64,000 nt of DNA from an uncultured Verrucomicrobiota bacterium (GCA_964611575.1 CAZTAJ010000002.1:22582-86581); one strand, 5' to 3'; positions 46,650 through 57,544 are shown, counted from the stretch's first letter. The notes: generated by a model from the letters alone, not told the origin. Made by a program: numbers and translations.

Positions 46650-48073
46650 AGAGAATCCTGCTGGTCAAACCCGATTCCGAGTTGACGGTCGTGAAGCGGC
46701 TGCGGGCCTTTCTCCATCTCGAGCCGCTGGAGCTTGAGCACCTGGCCGGAGCCGTGCCGCCGGGACATGATGTGCGCATCCTCGACATGACGGTCGAGAC
46801 ATGGCCTCTGCGGGCCCTGCGACGAACCGTCCGTTGTGACCGGCCGCACCTGGTCGGGGTGACCGCCTACAGCAACCAGCGGGCGCGGGTGGCCGCTTGC
46901 ATCCGTATCATCAGGGAGGAAGCCCCGGATGCGTTGATCGTGCTGGGCGGTCACCACGCCACCATCATGCCGCACGATTGCCGGATTCCGCACCTCGACG
47001 CGATCGTGCGTGGCGAAGGGTGCGCGACCTTCCGGAAGATGATTGAGGTGCTGGGCGCCGGTAGGGACGCGGTCCTGGCGATACCCAATGTCTACGCCCC
47101 GGATGCAGCGGATTTCGGGGAGGTGCCGCCCTATCCCGGCATCGACACTCTGCCGCTGCCCCGGCGTGATCTCGTGGATGGACGAAAGTACTTTTGCGCT
47201 TGGAGCACCCCCAACAAGGCCGCCAACGCGTCCATCCTGCCGGTGGTGGCCAGTATGCGAACGTCCTTCGGCTGCGCTTACCAGTGCAGTTTCTGCATCG
47301 TGCCGGAGCTCTGCGGCCGGAAGTACTTCCCGAGGAACATCGACAGCATTGTCGATGAGCTCGAATCGCTGGCCACCGATTACGTCTACTTCGTCGATGA
47401 CGAGACGTTTCTCTCGCCCCGCCACATGTGGGACCTGGGCAGGAAGATTCAGGAACGCGGCATCAAGAAGCATTACGTCTCCTGGGCCAGGAGCAATACC
47501 GTCACCACGAACCCGGATCTGTTCAAGTTCTGGCACGAGATCGGGCTCGACATCGTCTATGTGGGCCTGGAAAGCATCAATGATGCGACCCTCATGAGTC
47601 TCAATAAGAAGGCGACCCTCGCGCAGAACGAAGAGGCCATCCGAATCCTCCACGAGTGTGGAATCACGCTCCATCCGGCGTTCATGGTCATGCCGGAGTT
47701 CACTGCCGAGGATTTCCGAGCGCTCAATGACTACGTTCAGGCCATGCCGCCCGTGGAGGCGACGTTCACGGTCTACTCGCCGTCGCCGGGAACCGAAGAC
47801 TGGAAGAGACATGCCGACGACTTCATCTGCGATCCCATCCGGTTCTACGACTGCATGCATACGATTTTGCCCACCCGTTTGCCGTTGAAGGAGTTTTATC
47901 GGCACTTCGCGCAACTCACCGTCCGAGCCCTGAACCGGAACCCTGTGCGGGTGAACAGGACCAGGGTGAAGTTCCGGGAACTCCTGAAGATCGTGTGGAT
48001 GACGGGCCGCTATATTCGGACCCAGCGCAACATGTGGCGTGACTACCGGGGAGTTCGAGCGGGTGGTGCGTGA
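46646..48073 (+). CDS. B12-binding radical SAM protein (class B rSAM), second copy
   Basis: It has an N-terminal B12-binding domain and a CAYQCSFC radical SAM motif. Its start overlaps the activase stop (ATGA). Confidence 0.85.
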   Translation: MKRILLVKPDSELTVVKRLRAFLHLEPLELEHLAGAVPPGHDVRILDMTVETWPLRALRRTVRCDRPHLVGVTAYSNQRARVAACIRIIREEAPDALIVLGGHHATIMPHDCRIPHLDAIVRGEGCATFRKMIEVLGAGRDAVLAIPNVYAPDAADFGEVPPYPGIDTLPLPRRDLVDGRKYFCAWSTPNKAANASILPVVASMRTSFGCAYQCSFCIVPELCGRKYFPRNIDSIVDELESLATDYVYFVDDETFLSPRHMWDLGRKIQERGIKKHYVSWARSNTVTTNPDLFKFWHEIGLDIVYVGLESINDATLMSLNKKATLAQNEEAIRILHECGITLHPAFMVMPEFTAEDFRALNDYVQAMPPVEATFTVYSPSPGTEDWKRHADDFICDPIRFYDCMHTILPTRLPLKEFYRHFAQLTVRALNRNPVRVNRTRVKFRELLKIVWMTGRYIRTQRNMWRDYRGVRAGGA

Positions 48074-48447
48074 GGCGACGACCAAGGCAGTGAATCGCGC
48101 CGCTCAGGACTTCGCCTCAGAGGAGTTCCACAGCAAAGCGATCCTGAAACAATAACGGCTCTGTTCGTGAGCGGACTGCAACGCGGCGATCACACTATTG
48201 CGGCGCGGGTGATTGTCGCAGGCGATGTCCTCGTGCGACAAACGCATCGCGGGGTAGCTTGCATGGCGAGCCCCGGAGCATGAAACGCTGCCTGATCGTT
48301 TTGGCGAATGGCTCGCTGACTGCTGTGGTCATGGGTTGCGCACAGCCATCCGTGTGATTCGTAAAGCAACGCGATGCAGAAGGCGTTATTCCGCGAGTCG
48401 CACCGCGTTGCCCTATTCATATTGCGAAAGTTCGCGTTGCATTCCGT

Positions 48448-49086
48448 TTAGAATACCGCGCGAACACTCACTAACACTCCGCCGGGGGTTACCTTTTCCT
48501 CCCTTGAGTATGAACGATAACCGTAATGATAGTCGTAATCACCAGAGTCCCGTTTCAGGGTAACTTCTGAGGAGTCATATCCGATTTCAGCCTGAATGCC
48601 GACTTTCTTTTTGCGCAAGAGTTCGACACCCACAGCAGCATATGCGCCGGGGGTGGAACCCTCCACGTTGTCCCCGCCGGCAAAGTGGTATTTAGCGCCA
48701 ATCCGAGCATAGGGCGATACGGATCCATGCGGGATAAAATTGAATCCGTATGAAAGCGCTGCAGGGACGTCCCAATAGAATGCGTCTGCTCCCCCGGTGA
48801 CGATCACAATCCCGGCAGGGCCGAGATCAAACCCGATCCGGGATCCATGGGCAAACTGGTAGTATGGAGTACAAGAGAGACCGATGGGAACAAAGCCACT
48901 CGCATCAGCCCCATACTCATCTTCATAAAAGCTAACAATATCCGAAAACCCCGAAATGTAGCTTATCCCGACCGGGAAACGCCACTGGGCGAAGTCGAAT
49001 TGAGCCACATTGTCGTCAGCTTGCGACAACACTCCAGCCAAGACAGCCACCACACACACGATGCCCAACAAAATTCTATTCCTCAT
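48448..49086 (-). CDS. Outer-membrane beta-barrel protein (OmpW/porin-like)
   Basis: It has a signal peptide MRNRILLGIVCVVAVLAGVLSQA, alternating amphipathic strands with aromatic residues, and a C-terminal Phe. Start trimmed to Met17 of the ORF. Confidence 0.6.
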   Translation of the reverse strand: MRNRILLGIVCVVAVLAGVLSQADDNVAQFDFAQWRFPVGISYISGFSDIVSFYEDEYGADASGFVPIGLSCTPYYQFAHGSRIGFDLGPAGIVIVTGGADAFYWDVPAALSYGFNFIPHGSVSPYARIGAKYHFAGGDNVEGSTPGAYAAVGVELLRKKKVGIQAEIGYDSSEVTLKRDSGDYDYHYGYRSYSREEKVTPGGVLVSVRAVF

Positions 49087-49495
49087 AGTATTCGATCCTT
49101 CTGCAAAACGTCCTCTTTGAGGCTCGCCCATCACTCTTCAGGTCAGTCCTGCCAAGCACAGTCTTGAATTGTGTTTCGATTCCACTCATTTTCTCAGGAG
49201 GAAAACGTCATACGTTACACCCCTTTCGCTTTGCTTGTTCTCGCCGCAGTGTCGAACCCATCTCGCTGAATTGCCCTATATCAAATATTCCGGGAGTGAC
49301 AAGAACATTGTTCTGGTTTTCGCATGGGGTTTTCGCTTGTCGGGCGTATCGGCGCTGTGACAGCATGGCAGTGTTGATGCTCCAACCGAGTCTTGGACTG
49401 GGCTTAGGGACGACGGCCCGATAATGGAGGCAGTTGCATGTTCCCGCTGGGTGCTGCAAAGGCGATCAAGGCGGCGCGTTCGATCATATGAATTC

Positions 49496-50947
49496 ATGAT
49501 GAATCTCGCTGACTTGCTGCAACATGCTGCCGCGCGATATCCCGAAAACATTGCGGTTTCGGATGGTGAGCGTGCGCTGACCTATGCAGAACTGTGGCAG
49601 GAGGTTTGCCGTGCCGCCGGGGAACTGGAGGCCGTGGGGATCGGTCGCGGCCGGATGGCGGGCCTTCAGTTGGGGAACAGCATTGCATTCATCATACTGA
49701 CCTATGCGTTGTGGCGCTGTGGGGCGGTGGTTGTCCCTATTCCCATGGAGATGCGGGAGTCGGAGAGAACCGAATTGCTCCGCACGATGGACTTGGCCGC
49801 CGTGTTGTCGAGTACGGCACCGGTGGGTGAGCACGCGACCGTGGCAATCGATGTCGCGGGCACAGCCATAACGGGCACCGTATTCCATAGGGGCAGCGCG
49901 CCGATCAGGGACAAGGTCAATGCCGCCATGGTGCGGTTCACATCAGGAACAACCAACGCCAACAAGGGGGTTGTGCTTTCTCACGAGGGCATACTGGAAC
50001 GCATCACGGCCGCGAACAATGCGTTGCATATTGGCCCGGGCGACACCGTAATGTGGTGCCTCCCCATGGCTCACCACTTCGTGGTTACGATCATCCAGTA
50101 CCTTTGGCAGGGGGCGAAAATCGTTCTCATCAGGAACACGGCAGGCCAACCCTTCCTTGATGCGATCATCGAGAACCGGGGCACAGTCTTGTACGCATCG
50201 CCGTTTCACTACGATGCGCTTTCACAAGACGCGTCGGGACGTGGGATCTCGTCTGTGCGCATGGCCATCTCAACGACCACGGCCCTTCCGGCCGATACGG
50301 CGCTCCGTTTCTTCGATCGGTACGGCCTGCACCTCATCCAAGCCTACGGAATCATTGAACTCGGGCTGGCTTGCGTCAATGTCGATGATCCGGCCGGCCG
50401 GCCGACATCGGTCGGGCAGCCGACCCCGGGATTCAGGTTGCGGCTTGCCAACGGAGAGCAGTACATCGGGCTTGGCGAGGGATGTGGCGAAATCGAGGTC
50501 TCCGGCCCCGGGTTCTTCGCGGCCTATTATCATCCGTGGGTTGCCGCCCGCGACGTCATGGATGGCCCGTGGTTTCACACTGGTGACGTGGGCAGAATCG
50601 ACAGCGACGGGTTCCTCTTCCTCTACAGTCGGGTCAACAGCGTCATCAATATCGCGGGAATGAAGGTTTTTCCGGAAGAAATTGAGCACGTACTGGACTC
50701 GCACGACTTCGTGAAGGAGTCGCGGGCCTACGCGGTGAAGCATGCCCACCTGGGGGAGGTCGTCCAGGCCGATGTTGTGCTGCGCCACGGCGTTGCAGCG
50801 GTGTCTGAGGATGACCTCCGAACGCATTGCGCGCAGCGACTCTCTTCTTTCAAGGTGCCGAACAGGATTCGATTCCTGGACGGCATTGACAGGACATCGA
50901 CCACCCTCAAGATCAAACGACACACAGCACCGGAGTCGGCCACTTGA
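49496..50947 (+). CDS. AMP-dependent synthetase/ligase (fatty-acyl or aryl-AMP ligase; ApeH-like starter-loading enzyme)
   Basis: It has an adenylation core A3-like motif FTSGTTNANKGVVLSH and an A8-like GWFHTGDVGRIDSDGFLFL. Start trimmed to MMNLADLL. Confidence 0.8.
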   Translation: MMNLADLLQHAAARYPENIAVSDGERALTYAELWQEVCRAAGELEAVGIGRGRMAGLQLGNSIAFIILTYALWRCGAVVVPIPMEMRESERTELLRTMDLAAVLSSTAPVGEHATVAIDVAGTAITGTVFHRGSAPIRDKVNAAMVRFTSGTTNANKGVVLSHEGILERITAANNALHIGPGDTVMWCLPMAHHFVVTIIQYLWQGAKIVLIRNTAGQPFLDAIIENRGTVLYASPFHYDALSQDASGRGISSVRMAISTTTALPADTALRFFDRYGLHLIQAYGIIELGLACVNVDDPAGRPTSVGQPTPGFRLRLANGEQYIGLGEGCGEIEVSGPGFFAAYYHPWVAARDVMDGPWFHTGDVGRIDSDGFLFLYSRVNSVINIAGMKVFPEEIEHVLDSHDFVKESRAYAVKHAHLGEVVQADVVLRHGVAAVSEDDLRTHCAQRLSSFKVPNRIRFLDGIDRTSTTLKIKRHTAPESAT

Positions 50948-51939
50948 GCGAACCGACGACAACAAGTGATGCCATTTCCTCCGTCGGCTCATCGGAGACG
51001 GTGCGGCGCGAGGCTGCGGCGGCGACCCAAGCCGCCTATCGATCATCCAAGTGGTCCGGAAAGACCAGGGGTGGATCCCTGGGCAACTGGTACTTCCTGC
51101 AAGTGATAAGGCTCCTGGGAATACGGGCGGCGTACGTTGCCCTTGTGCCCATCGCGGCATATTATCTGATTGCGAGTCCCCGGAGCGTAAAGAACTCCCG
51201 CCGTTATCTCCGGCGTGTGTTGGGGCCGAAGTCGTTCTGGCGATGGCCCTTCCTGGTATATGGTCACTTCTTCTCCTTGGGCATGAGTCTGCTTGACCGG
51301 TCCGCCATGCTGATGGGGCGCAAGGAGTTTACATGCACCTACGATGGAGAGGGCAGAATCGCGAACGCGCTTGCCTATGGGAAAGGCGTCATTCTAGTCA
51401 GCGCTCATGTCGGGAACTGGGCGGCCGGCGGGCATCTTCTCCGGCGTTTGAACACGCGCGTCAACATGGTGGCGCTGGAGAACGAGGTCAAGAGCATCCA
51501 GCGGATGTTTGACCGGGCATTTCCGGACAAGGGATTCGGGGTTCTCTCCTCCAGTCCCGATCTCACATCAAGCATGGCGATCATGGATGCCTTGCGGCGA
51601 GGGGAGATCGTGGCATTCAATGGCGACCGGACGGTTGAAGGCGCGGCCAGCGTAGAGACGACCTTTTTCGGGGACGTGGCCGATTTTCCGGTGGGTCCCT
51701 ACCTGCTGGCGTCGGTGACCGGGTCGCCGGTGATCCACGTTTTTGCCATGCGGGACGGGGTTGATCGGTATAGATTCTTCTGCTCGACAGCCAGGTTTGT
51801 CGAGAGGACTTCCAGGCAAAAGCGGCAGGAAGTGGTGAGGGCCGTTGCAGGGGGCTTTGCACACGATCTGGAAACGGTGCTCAGAAGGTATCCGTTCCAG
51901 TGGTACAATTTCTACCCGTTCTGGAAGAAGGAAACCTGA
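50944..51939 (+). CDS. Lipid A biosynthesis (LpxL/HtrB)-like lysophospholipid acyltransferase (ApeD-like)
   Basis: 331 aa in the LPLAT/HtrB family. Its start overlaps the upstream stop. Confidence 0.7.
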   Translation: MSEPTTTSDAISSVGSSETVRREAAAATQAAYRSSKWSGKTRGGSLGNWYFLQVIRLLGIRAAYVALVPIAAYYLIASPRSVKNSRRYLRRVLGPKSFWRWPFLVYGHFFSLGMSLLDRSAMLMGRKEFTCTYDGEGRIANALAYGKGVILVSAHVGNWAAGGHLLRRLNTRVNMVALENEVKSIQRMFDRAFPDKGFGVLSSSPDLTSSMAIMDALRRGEIVAFNGDRTVEGAASVETTFFGDVADFPVGPYLLASVTGSPVIHVFAMRDGVDRYRFFCSTARFVERTSRQKRQEVVRAVAGGFAHDLETVLRRYPFQWYNFYPFWKKET

Positions 51940-51972
51940 TCTCTGGCGGGCTGAACACCGAGAGGAATCCGC

Positions 51973-52395
51973 ATGGAATTGATGGACATCGAAGAGGTTA
52001 TACCGCATCGGCCGCCGATGCGGATGATCGATGCCTTGACGGAGTGGAGTGACGACTCCGCGAGCGGGGTCGTCGTCTTCGATGGAAATCACATGGCGGT
52101 GCATGACGGCCTGGTTGTTGAGTCGGCGCTTGTCGAATGCATTGCCCAGACAGTTGCCGCGATGGAGGGCGCCAAGCGGGTTGCCTGCGAAAGCCCGCGT
52201 GGTCCTGCCGGGGAGCAGGTGGGCATGCTGTGCGGGGTGTCTGATTTTGCTGTCGTCAGGCGGCCGCGAGCGGGGGATCGGTTGGAGATCCGGGTTCAAG
52301 TCCGCAAGAGGCTTGGACCGATGCTGCTTGCAGACGGCCAGGTCTTGTGTAATGGACACATCGCGGCTGCAGGATCGTTGAAACTTTCAGGCTAA
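51973..52395 (+). CDS. FabA/FabZ-like 3-hydroxyacyl-ACP dehydratase (hotdog fold)
   Basis: 140 aa. The N-terminus IPHRPPMRMID matches the FabZ-like IPHRxPxxxxD signature. Confidence 0.7.
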   Translation: MELMDIEEVIPHRPPMRMIDALTEWSDDSASGVVVFDGNHMAVHDGLVVESALVECIAQTVAAMEGAKRVACESPRGPAGEQVGMLCGVSDFAVVRRPRAGDRLEIRVQVRKRLGPMLLADGQVLCNGHIAAAGSLKLSG

Positions 52396-52413
52396 ACGCT
52401 TGGCGCAGAGCCC

Positions 52414-52908
52414 TTGGGAGACGACACAATGGGAGTCAGGAGAAAACGGAGGCGGCGCTCTATCGAGGAGGCCCGCAGCTATCTGTCCGAGGAGACGCAA
52501 GTGCGCGTGCGTTTCCATGAGGTGGATTCCATGCGTATTGTCTGGCATGGACACTATGTGACCTACTTCGAGGATGCGCGACGGGCCTTCGGACGTCGCT
52601 ACGGGCTCGACTATCCCGTCTTTCTTGAAAACAACATCGGCGCGCCGGTGGTGAGCGTGTGGGTCGATTTTCTCTCTCCGGCCTTGGGGAACGACCTGTT
52701 GGAGGTGGAGGCGCGCCTGTACAAGTCGGAAGGCGCCCAGCTCGAATTCAGCTACGAGGTGAAGCGCGCCCAAACGGGCGTTCTGCTCGCCAGCGGCGGC
52801 AGCGTGCAGGTGTTCACCACATTGAAGGGAGAATTGTTGCTGACTTGGCCGGCTCTGATGCTCGAGCGCTATGAGGCATGGAAAGACTTATGGATCCCCT
52901 CCGCTTGA
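52414..52908 (+). CDS. Acyl-CoA/acyl-ACP thioesterase (4HBT/YbgC-like hotdog)
   Basis: 164 aa with the motif FHEVDSMRIVWHGHYVTYFEDAR, typical of 4HBT thioesterases. Confidence 0.7.
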   Translation: MGDDTMGVRRKRRRRSIEEARSYLSEETQVRVRFHEVDSMRIVWHGHYVTYFEDARRAFGRRYGLDYPVFLENNIGAPVVSVWVDFLSPALGNDLLEVEARLYKSEGAQLEFSYEVKRAQTGVLLASGGSVQVFTTLKGELLLTWPALMLERYEAWKDLWIPSA

Positions 52909-54089
52909 AGGGAGCCGTGGCCGTTGCCGGCCTGGGGGTGGTGTCTGCCGCCGGAGACGGCGCCGACGCCACGTTGCTGTCCATTAAGGCAAACAGCGTG
53001 GAACTGCACGAGTGCGTCAGATATCGCGACGCCCTTTACATGACGAATCGCGTGGGGGCGGTGTCTGATCGCGTCTGGAGTTTGCTTGGCGGACCGGACG
53101 CCGGGCCCGCCGATTCCCGCACCTTTCAACTGGCGAATCGTGCGCTGGTCGAGGCGGTTCGGCAGGCGGGCCCGCAACTGGCCGATGTTGACGCCCAGCG
53201 AGTGGGCTTGGTGTTGTCCACGACCAAGGCCGAGATCGACGCGTTGGGTTCTCTCGTGGCCGGTGGCCATTGCAGTGACCGGTCGCGGCGGCATATCCTC
53301 GCGTCTCAACTCGCGGCTGACTTGGCTTCCGCCAACCACGCGTTCGGACCGCTTCAGTGTGTCTCCGTCGCCTGTATATCCGGTCTGCTGGCGATCCAGC
53401 AGGGGGTGCGGTTGATTCTTGCCGGCATCGCCGATGCGGTGCTCGTCGTTGGAGCCGACGTACTTTCGCACTTTGTCCTTGCGGGATTTAGCGCCTTGAA
53501 ATCTCTCGACCCTTGCGGATGCCGCCCCTTTGACAAGGATCGACAGGGCTTGAGCCTGGGCGAAGGCGCTGGCGCACTGGTGCTGGTTCGGTCAGATCTG
53601 GTTTCCGCTCCGCTGGCGACGATCACGGGATGGGGCGTTAGCAATGATGCCAATCATCTGACAGGTCCTTCCCGGGACGGCTCGGGACTGGCGCTCGCCA
53701 TTAAGCGAGCCTTGCGCATGGCCAACCGGACTCCCGACTCCATTGAGTATATCAACGCCCATGGAACCGGTACGGTCTACAACGACAGGATGGAAGCGCT
53801 GGCTTTCAGGACGGTCTTCGGTAGCCGCTCGCCTTGGGTCACCTCCTGCAAGGGATTGCTCGGGCACACGCTGGGAGCGGCCGGAGTTATCGAGAGCGCC
53901 ATCTGCATTCTGGCTGCCCGCGCTCAGGTCATGCCGGGGACGCCTGGATTCAGCCGTCCGGATGAGGAGGCTCCCGTTCGCGTGGCGGCCACCCCGCGGT
54001 GTTCGGTTTCCTACAGTCGAATCTTGAAGACCAACGCCGGGTTTGGCGGCACGAACAGCGCACTGGTTCTGGAGGTGCCCCCCCCATGA
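52890..54089 (+). CDS. Beta-ketoacyl-ACP synthase (KS, FabF-like; ApeO-like)
   Basis: It has the active-site Cys (SVACISGL), NAHGTGT and GHTLGAAG. The ORF starts at 52878 and is trimmed to MDPLRL. Confidence 0.85.
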   Translation: MDPLRLKGAVAVAGLGVVSAAGDGADATLLSIKANSVELHECVRYRDALYMTNRVGAVSDRVWSLLGGPDAGPADSRTFQLANRALVEAVRQAGPQLADVDAQRVGLVLSTTKAEIDALGSLVAGGHCSDRSRRHILASQLAADLASANHAFGPLQCVSVACISGLLAIQQGVRLILAGIADAVLVVGADVLSHFVLAGFSALKSLDPCGCRPFDKDRQGLSLGEGAGALVLVRSDLVSAPLATITGWGVSNDANHLTGPSRDGSGLALAIKRALRMANRTPDSIEYINAHGTGTVYNDRMEALAFRTVFGSRSPWVTSCKGLLGHTLGAAGVIESAICILAARAQVMPGTPGFSRPDEEAPVRVAATPRCSVSYSRILKTNAGFGGTNSALVLEVPPP

Positions 54090-54796
54090 CACGTGAAGTG
54101 ATTGCCGTTGCGGCCAGCTACATGACGCCCGAAGGCTACGGTAGCAGCGCCTTTGGCCGTCGTCCATGGAGGGATGGCCATGGGGAGCCGTGCGAACAAA
54201 AAGAGTTGATGGGCATACCCTGGTTGTCGCTGTTCTCGGTGCCGTGTCCTCGATTCGGCCGGATGTCCCCGCTCACCAGACTAGGTTTGATGGCGGTCGA
54301 ACTGCTCGACGTTGGCTTTGCCGATATGACTGAGGAGCAGAGGACGGACACAGGCCTCTGCATGCTCAGTCCTTTTGGGTCCATGGCGACGGACATCGAG
54401 TTCCTGAGGGAACCCGGCCCCGCCTCCTTCGCCTACACGCTGCCCAGTAGCGTGATCGGAGAGGTGTCCATACGACACCGGCTGCGGGGGCCCGGTCTGT
54501 GCCTGATGTCCGCGGGAAACACGGGGCGCAGCATTGTCGAAGAAGCATCGGAGCGGATCGCGATGGGGGAAGCCGAGTCCATGTTGTGCCTTTTCTGTGA
54601 CGCGCAGGGGGATGAGACTCGCGATCTCCTCAAGTATACACTTGATCGGGATGACAAGTTCTGCTGGTATGCCTACGCATTGTACCTTGTGCGGAAAGGC
54701 CCCGTTCCAGGCCCAGGCAAGACTGTCGCGGGAGGGGTGTTCGCATCCGGTACGGATATCTGTGGGATGTGTCTGGATCTGTGCGGGAATAAGTGA
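54086..54796 (+). CDS. Chain-length-factor-like small KS-fold protein (ApeC-like)
   Basis: About 236 aa with a KS N-terminal-like fold lacking the catalytic Cys. Its start overlaps the KS stop (ATGA), consistent with a KS/CLF heterodimer. Confidence 0.6.
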   Translation: MTREVIAVAASYMTPEGYGSSAFGRRPWRDGHGEPCEQKELMGIPWLSLFSVPCPRFGRMSPLTRLGLMAVELLDVGFADMTEEQRTDTGLCMLSPFGSMATDIEFLREPGPASFAYTLPSSVIGEVSIRHRLRGPGLCLMSAGNTGRSIVEEASERIAMGEAESMLCLFCDAQGDETRDLLKYTLDRDDKFCWYAYALYLVRKGPVPGPGKTVAGGVFASGTDICGMCLDLCGNK

Positions 54797-54866
54797 CGTA
54801 GGCCGGGAGATATGGCGTGTGGGGTCCGGTGGGTGCCTCACGTGATCGAACATTTGGAGATGGACC

Positions 54867-55130
54867 ATGTCGATTGAAGAACGAATAGAGGATCTCAAGG
54901 GCAAGATTATCGCGGCTCTTGACCTGGAAGACGTCACTCCCGAGGACATCGATCCGGATGCGCCGTTGTTCCAGGAGGGCCTGGGGCTCGACTCCATCGA
55001 CGCGCTGGAACTCGTGGTGATGCTCGAAAAGGAGTACGGAATCTCCGTCAAGGACATCGAGGTGACGAAGAAGGCGTTTGCATCGGTTCGAGCTCTGGCA
55101 ATCTTCATTGCGGAGAACCATGCTCCATGA
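54867..55130 (+). CDS. Acyl carrier protein
   Basis: 87 aa with the phosphopantetheine attachment motif GLDSIDALEL. Confidence 0.85.
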   Translation: MSIEERIEDLKGKIIAALDLEDVTPEDIDPDAPLFQEGLGLDSIDALELVVMLEKEYGISVKDIEVTKKAFASVRALAIFIAENHAP

Positions 55131-57544
55131 GCGAACGCGTTCCTGTCGTAACGGGAACCGGTGTCATTTGTTCCGTTGGCTGCGACAGTGAGAGTGTCTG
55201 GCAGTCCCTGATCAGGGGCAACTCCGGCCTTGCGCCCTTGACTCTCTTCCACTCCGCCCGCCACGGGCAGGCGCCGGTGGCCGAAGTGGTTGCCGACGTG
55301 GACCAGCTCTGCGGAAGTGCGATCAGGGGATCGCGTTCCGACAAACTTGCCTACATCGCTGTCCGGCAGGCATTGGCCGCCGCGGGCCTGGAAGAGGCCA
55401 TCGGCAGTTTCGGGAACCGCGCGGGTGTCGTGTTGGGGGCCACGGTTGGAGGGGTCCGGGGAACCGAACAATTTCTGGACAGCCTTCTACGCGGAAACGT
55501 CCGCAGGTACGGGCTGCTTCGTTATCACGAGTGCGCCGCTGCGACGGATTTGTGTGCAAAGGCTTTCCGGTGTTTCGGCCCGACAACGACCGTTTCGACC
55601 GCCTGTTCGGGCGGCGCCATGGCAATCGCCATGGCAGGGAGGCTTATCGAGAGCGGTGCTGCTGACATCATGATCGCCGGCGGATGCGATTCGCTATGCC
55701 GCCTGACGGTCAATGGCTTCGGTTCTCTCCTGTTGCTTGACCCCGAGGGGTGCCGGCCTTTCGACGTGAATCGAGCGGGAATCAGCCTTGGCGAGGGAGC
55801 GGCGGCGTTGGTCATCGAGAGTGCGCAATCAGCCGCCAGACGAGGGGTTCCGGTTCTTGCCGTCCTGTCAGGGTGGGGTTGCACCTGCGATGCATTTCAC
55901 GCGACCGCGCCTGACAGCAATGGTGACGGGGCGTACCGGGCCATGTCCGGGGCTCTCCGTCGAGCCGGCCTCGTGCCTGCCTCGATCAGCCACGTCAATG
56001 CGCACGGCACGGGCACTCCCGGCAATGACCTGGCCGAATCCAAGGCCATCAAACGGTTGTTCAGCGAAGTCATGCCCCCCGTACTTTCAACAAAGGGACT
56101 TCTGGGTCACACCCTGGCCGCCAGCGGCGCCATCGATTCCGTGATTTGTGTAAAGTCGATGGAACACGGGGGCCCGCCCAGGAGCCCGAGGTTTGAAGCC
56201 GTGGATCCCGACATCGGGTTTGAACCCGTGCGGAAGACTTCCGCAGAGCCTCAGTCTCATGTCATGAACAACGCTTTCGGATTTGGCGGCAACAACGTCT
56301 CGCTCGTCTTTTCTCGGGCGGTCGACGAGGCATCACATCCAATATCCATGGGTGGGGCGTCCTCGACGGTTCGGACGAGCCGGTTTTCGATTGCGGGCGT
56401 CGGGGTCGTTTCGCCCATGGGTAACACGGCGGAAAGCCTGTTTGTCGCCTGTTCCTCCGCGGGTGCGACGGCATCTCCGCGGGAGATTGATGCGCCGTTG
56501 CCGCTAAAACGAGTCCGCGTCTATTGCTGTTCCGACGACTTCGGCGCCAGGGAAGAAATTGCCGCCGGACGCCGTCGGAGACTGGAGCGGATTCAGTTGA
56601 TGACGCTGGTGGCCGCCAAGAGAAGCTGCCGAGGCCTGTCGCTGGAGGCTGTCGACGGAGAGCGGATCTGTGTGGCCATGGGAACCGGACTCGGCGCCGC
56701 CTCAGCTACGGCCGCCTTTGTCGAGCCCGTGGTGGCCGATGATAATGCCGCGCCGTCGCCGCAGAAATTCACCAATGCGGTGCACAATGCACTGGCATCG
56801 TCGGTGGCTATGGAAATCGCTGCTCGTGGCCTCAACTCCACCGTCACGCATCGCGAGATCTCATTTGAATCCGCCTTGTGGCATGGCACGCAGGAGATTG
56901 TCACGGGGAATTCGGACTACGCGATCGTGGGCGGAGCCGACGAACTGACTCCGTACTTGCTCAGCGCCGGCGCCCGCTGGGGTTGGTGGGATGAGAACAC
57001 CCTGCCACTCCGCCCTTTGTCAGCCAACTTGACTCGCCGACAGAGGGCAATGCCCGGGGAAGGCGCGGTGGTCTTCTGTCTGACCCGGAGCCGTGGCGAT
57101 CGCCCTGCGCTTGCCGAAGTGGCCTGCGTTTCTTTCGGCCGATTTGCCACGGACGAAGACGGGAAGATCGCTGCAGATCGGGAAGCCGGATGGATTGAGG
57201 CCGAACTTACGGGCCATGGCGTATCCCTAGCACAGATCGACATGGTCCTTACAGGGGCAAACGGGCTCCCGTCCCTTGACGACATGTACATTGCCGTCGT
57301 GGCAGCGCTCGGGCGGAGGGTGGGTAGGGACATCCGCCATGGCTGCTACAAGCATCTCTGCGGAGAATATCACACCGCATCCGCATTTGGGATGGCTATG
57401 GCGGTGGGCCTGGTATCAGAGAGCGTGTCTCCCGACTCGCTGCTTTCTGCTGGTGGCCGTTGCCGTGTGGTGCTCATCTACACTCTATCGGGCGATGGCA
57501 CGCGAGCCGTGGTATGTGTTACCCGGCCGGGAGCGATTCCATGA
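55127..57544 (+). CDS. KS fused to a C-terminal KS-like/CLF domain (didomain condensing enzyme)
   Basis: 805 aa. The N-terminal domain is a full KS (TACSGGA, NAHGTGTPGND, GHTLAASG). The C-terminal 380 aa or so is a second thiolase-fold domain without the catalytic triad. Confidence 0.8.
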   Translation: MSERVPVVTGTGVICSVGCDSESVWQSLIRGNSGLAPLTLFHSARHGQAPVAEVVADVDQLCGSAIRGSRSDKLAYIAVRQALAAAGLEEAIGSFGNRAGVVLGATVGGVRGTEQFLDSLLRGNVRRYGLLRYHECAAATDLCAKAFRCFGPTTTVSTACSGGAMAIAMAGRLIESGAADIMIAGGCDSLCRLTVNGFGSLLLLDPEGCRPFDVNRAGISLGEGAAALVIESAQSAARRGVPVLAVLSGWGCTCDAFHATAPDSNGDGAYRAMSGALRRAGLVPASISHVNAHGTGTPGNDLAESKAIKRLFSEVMPPVLSTKGLLGHTLAASGAIDSVICVKSMEHGGPPRSPRFEAVDPDIGFEPVRKTSAEPQSHVMNNAFGFGGNNVSLVFSRAVDEASHPISMGGASSTVRTSRFSIAGVGVVSPMGNTAESLFVACSSAGATASPREIDAPLPLKRVRVYCCSDDFGAREEIAAGRRRRLERIQLMTLVAAKRSCRGLSLEAVDGERICVAMGTGLGAASATAAFVEPVVADDNAAPSPQKFTNAVHNALASSVAMEIAARGLNSTVTHREISFESALWHGTQEIVTGNSDYAIVGGADELTPYLLSAGARWGWWDENTLPLRPLSANLTRRQRAMPGEGAVVFCLTRSRGDRPALAEVACVSFGRFATDEDGKIAADREAGWIEAELTGHGVSLAQIDMVLTGANGLPSLDDMYIAVVAALGRRVGRDIRHGCYKHLCGEYHTASAFGMAMAVGLVSESVSPDSLLSAGGRCRVVLIYTLSGDGTRAVVCVTRPGAIP

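Noticed and set aside
46349-48085. 578-aa minus-strand ORF antisense to the second B12-rSAM gene
   Set aside because: The plus-strand protein has B12-binding and CxxxCxxC motifs and ATGA coupling to its neighbour. The antisense is low-complexity.
54281-55471. 396-aa minus-strand ORF across the CLF/ACP/KS region
   Set aside because: The plus strand encodes ACP (GLDSID) and KS motifs, and the antisense has no motifs.
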